DNA of 64,000 nucleotides from an uncultured Verrucomicrobiota bacterium (GTDB lineage Bacteria; Verrucomicrobiota; Verrucomicrobiia; Limisphaerales; J093): NCBI GenBank assembly GCA_964535555.1, contig CAZHUS010000019.1, positions 18,555 to 82,554 of the forward strand, read 5' to 3'. Shown piece by piece: positions 62,762 to 64,000 of this stretch (position 1 is its first letter; each line of letters starts with the position of its first letter). The notes under the pieces were generated by a model. It saw only the letters and a program-made list of their open reading frames with translations, ran no database searches and was not told where the DNA came from. The position numbers and the translations under genes were made by a program.

Positions 62762-63828
62762 GCGTACATCCCGTCCCCGCCTTCATGGGGGCTGTCGGGA
62801 TGAAACGGACCGTGCGGGTGCGGATGGCCGTGCCTGGCCGTGGCCACGGCGTCCTCCTCGTTCTTGAAGAGCGAGAGGCTCCGGGAGGCGCGGTCGCGGA
62901 GTTGGGCCACCTCGGTTTCGCTGGCGGGTTGGTACGTCTTCGCGGCGGCGACGGACTTCTCGAACAGGTCCACGAAGGACGGCGGGATGCCGGTGATGAC
63001 GGGCTCGAGGGAAAGCGTGAATCGCCACGCCAGGCTGAGTTCCTCGGCGGTTTCCATCGAGGGATACCACCACTTCCGGGGGCGCTTGTCGTCGGTCATC
63101 TCCTTCGGCCAGGCGCCGGCCGAGGTGGGTTTGATGGCGATCCCGACCGCCCCCTGTTCCTTCGCCAGCGTGAGAATGGGTTTGCCGAAGTCGATGGTGA
63201 AGTACTCCACAAAGTTCAGCGGGAACATCACCGTGTCGAAGCGGAATCCCTTCATCAGCTCGAGGGCGCCCTTGGTGGTATGCGCCGAGAACCCGAACCA
63301 CTTCACCTTTCCTTCCTCCTTCGCCTTCAGGAACGTTTCCACCGCTCCACCCGGACCGAGAGCCTGTTTCACTTCGGCCGGGGTCCGGATGTGGTGCATC
63401 TGGTAGAGGTCGAAGTGATCGGTCTTGAGGCGTCGCAGCGAACGTTCGAGTTCCTCCCGCGCGCCCTTGGCGTCCCGCATCTTGGTCTTGCAGGAAAGGA
63501 AAACCTTGTCGCGCCATCCCTCGAGCGCGGGCCCCATTTTGACTTCGGCATCCCCGTAGGCGGGGGCCACGTCGAAATAGTTGCAGCCCAGGTCGAAGGC
63601 CTTCTTGACGGCCGCGTTGCTGTCCGCCTGGGAAAGGCGGGACAAGGCCAGGCCCGGGAAGCCCACGATCGACACGGCATACCCGGTTCGTCCGAGCACG
63701 CGGCGCGGCAGGCCGCTGGGGTGACTGAGGACCGGCCGGCTGGCGGCGTCACCGAACATCTCGGTCCAGTTCACCGCGGCGATTCCCGCGGCGCTGCTCA
63801 CGGTCTTGAGGAAAGTTCGTCGTTTCAT
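62758..63828 (-). CDS. Tat-exported aldo/keto reductase with a His-rich C-terminal tail
   Basis: [18 protein letters not shown] is a twin-arginine motif. AKR core ([22 protein letters not shown]). Tail [19 protein letters not shown]. Confidence 0.85.
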
Positions 63829-64000
63829 GGTTCGCGCGGTGTTGGCAGCTCCGACCGCCTCCGCGTCATGCGGGGTGGGGTCATGAGCGCTGTGGACGGA
63901 TAGTAGCCCGGCGTGTGACCAGCGGAAAGGGGCAATTTCGGGGCGTGAACCCGTGCGTGAGACCACGTACTCCACGGGCCGGACACGCTGCGGCCGGAGA

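Overview
Clearly high-GC bacterial chromosomal window (GC not computed). All family calls come from reading the translations; no database search was run. The domain repertoire (lamin-tail/CotH giant, LVIVD, Kelch, thrombospondin-type-3 repeats, Tat-exported aldo/keto reductase, sigma-54) suggests a PVC-superphylum organism, probably Verrucomicrobiota; this is inference. I support about 44 protein-coding genes. Most are housekeeping or metabolic: nuoBCD, ribD, trpB2, nrdJ, argA-like, rpoN, Fe-S helpers, an ABC-2 exporter, a transketolase/aldolase cluster, and several dehydrogenases. I recognised no rRNA, tRNA, CRISPR array or canonical defence system. Four things stand out. (1) Hairpin-forming intergenic repeat modules recur at 7 loci in total (at least 6 carry them): GTAG-headed REP doublets (REPIN-like) and a 252/255-bp composite element with 11-12-bp terminal inverted repeats. 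One copy sits in-frame (exactly 85 codons) inside the catalytic domain of a GH99-like/WbsX gene, and another supplies the C-terminus and stop codon of a membrane protein. (2) A RAYT-like HUH/Y1 transposase gene is bracketed by a perfect 18-bp inverted repeat and an AT-rich heptamer array. (3) A two-gene secreted cassette (24.0-31.8 kb) is the best candidate for an undescribed system. Its 1863-aa multidomain giant carries a (Gly-Asp)34 hexanucleotide microsatellite, an uncharacterised Cys-rich HExxH domain and a C-terminal 23-aa SYLN repeat array, and it is followed by a Kelch plus glycine-rich beta-helix protein and a strong terminator. (4) Several unusual arrangements: an alcohol dehydrogenase fused in-frame to a propeller/toroid protein, and a DUF2249 / polytopic membrane protein / DUF59 / CehA cluster. 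Many long ORFs in the supplied track are antisense or repeat-derived artefacts of high GC and are rejected.
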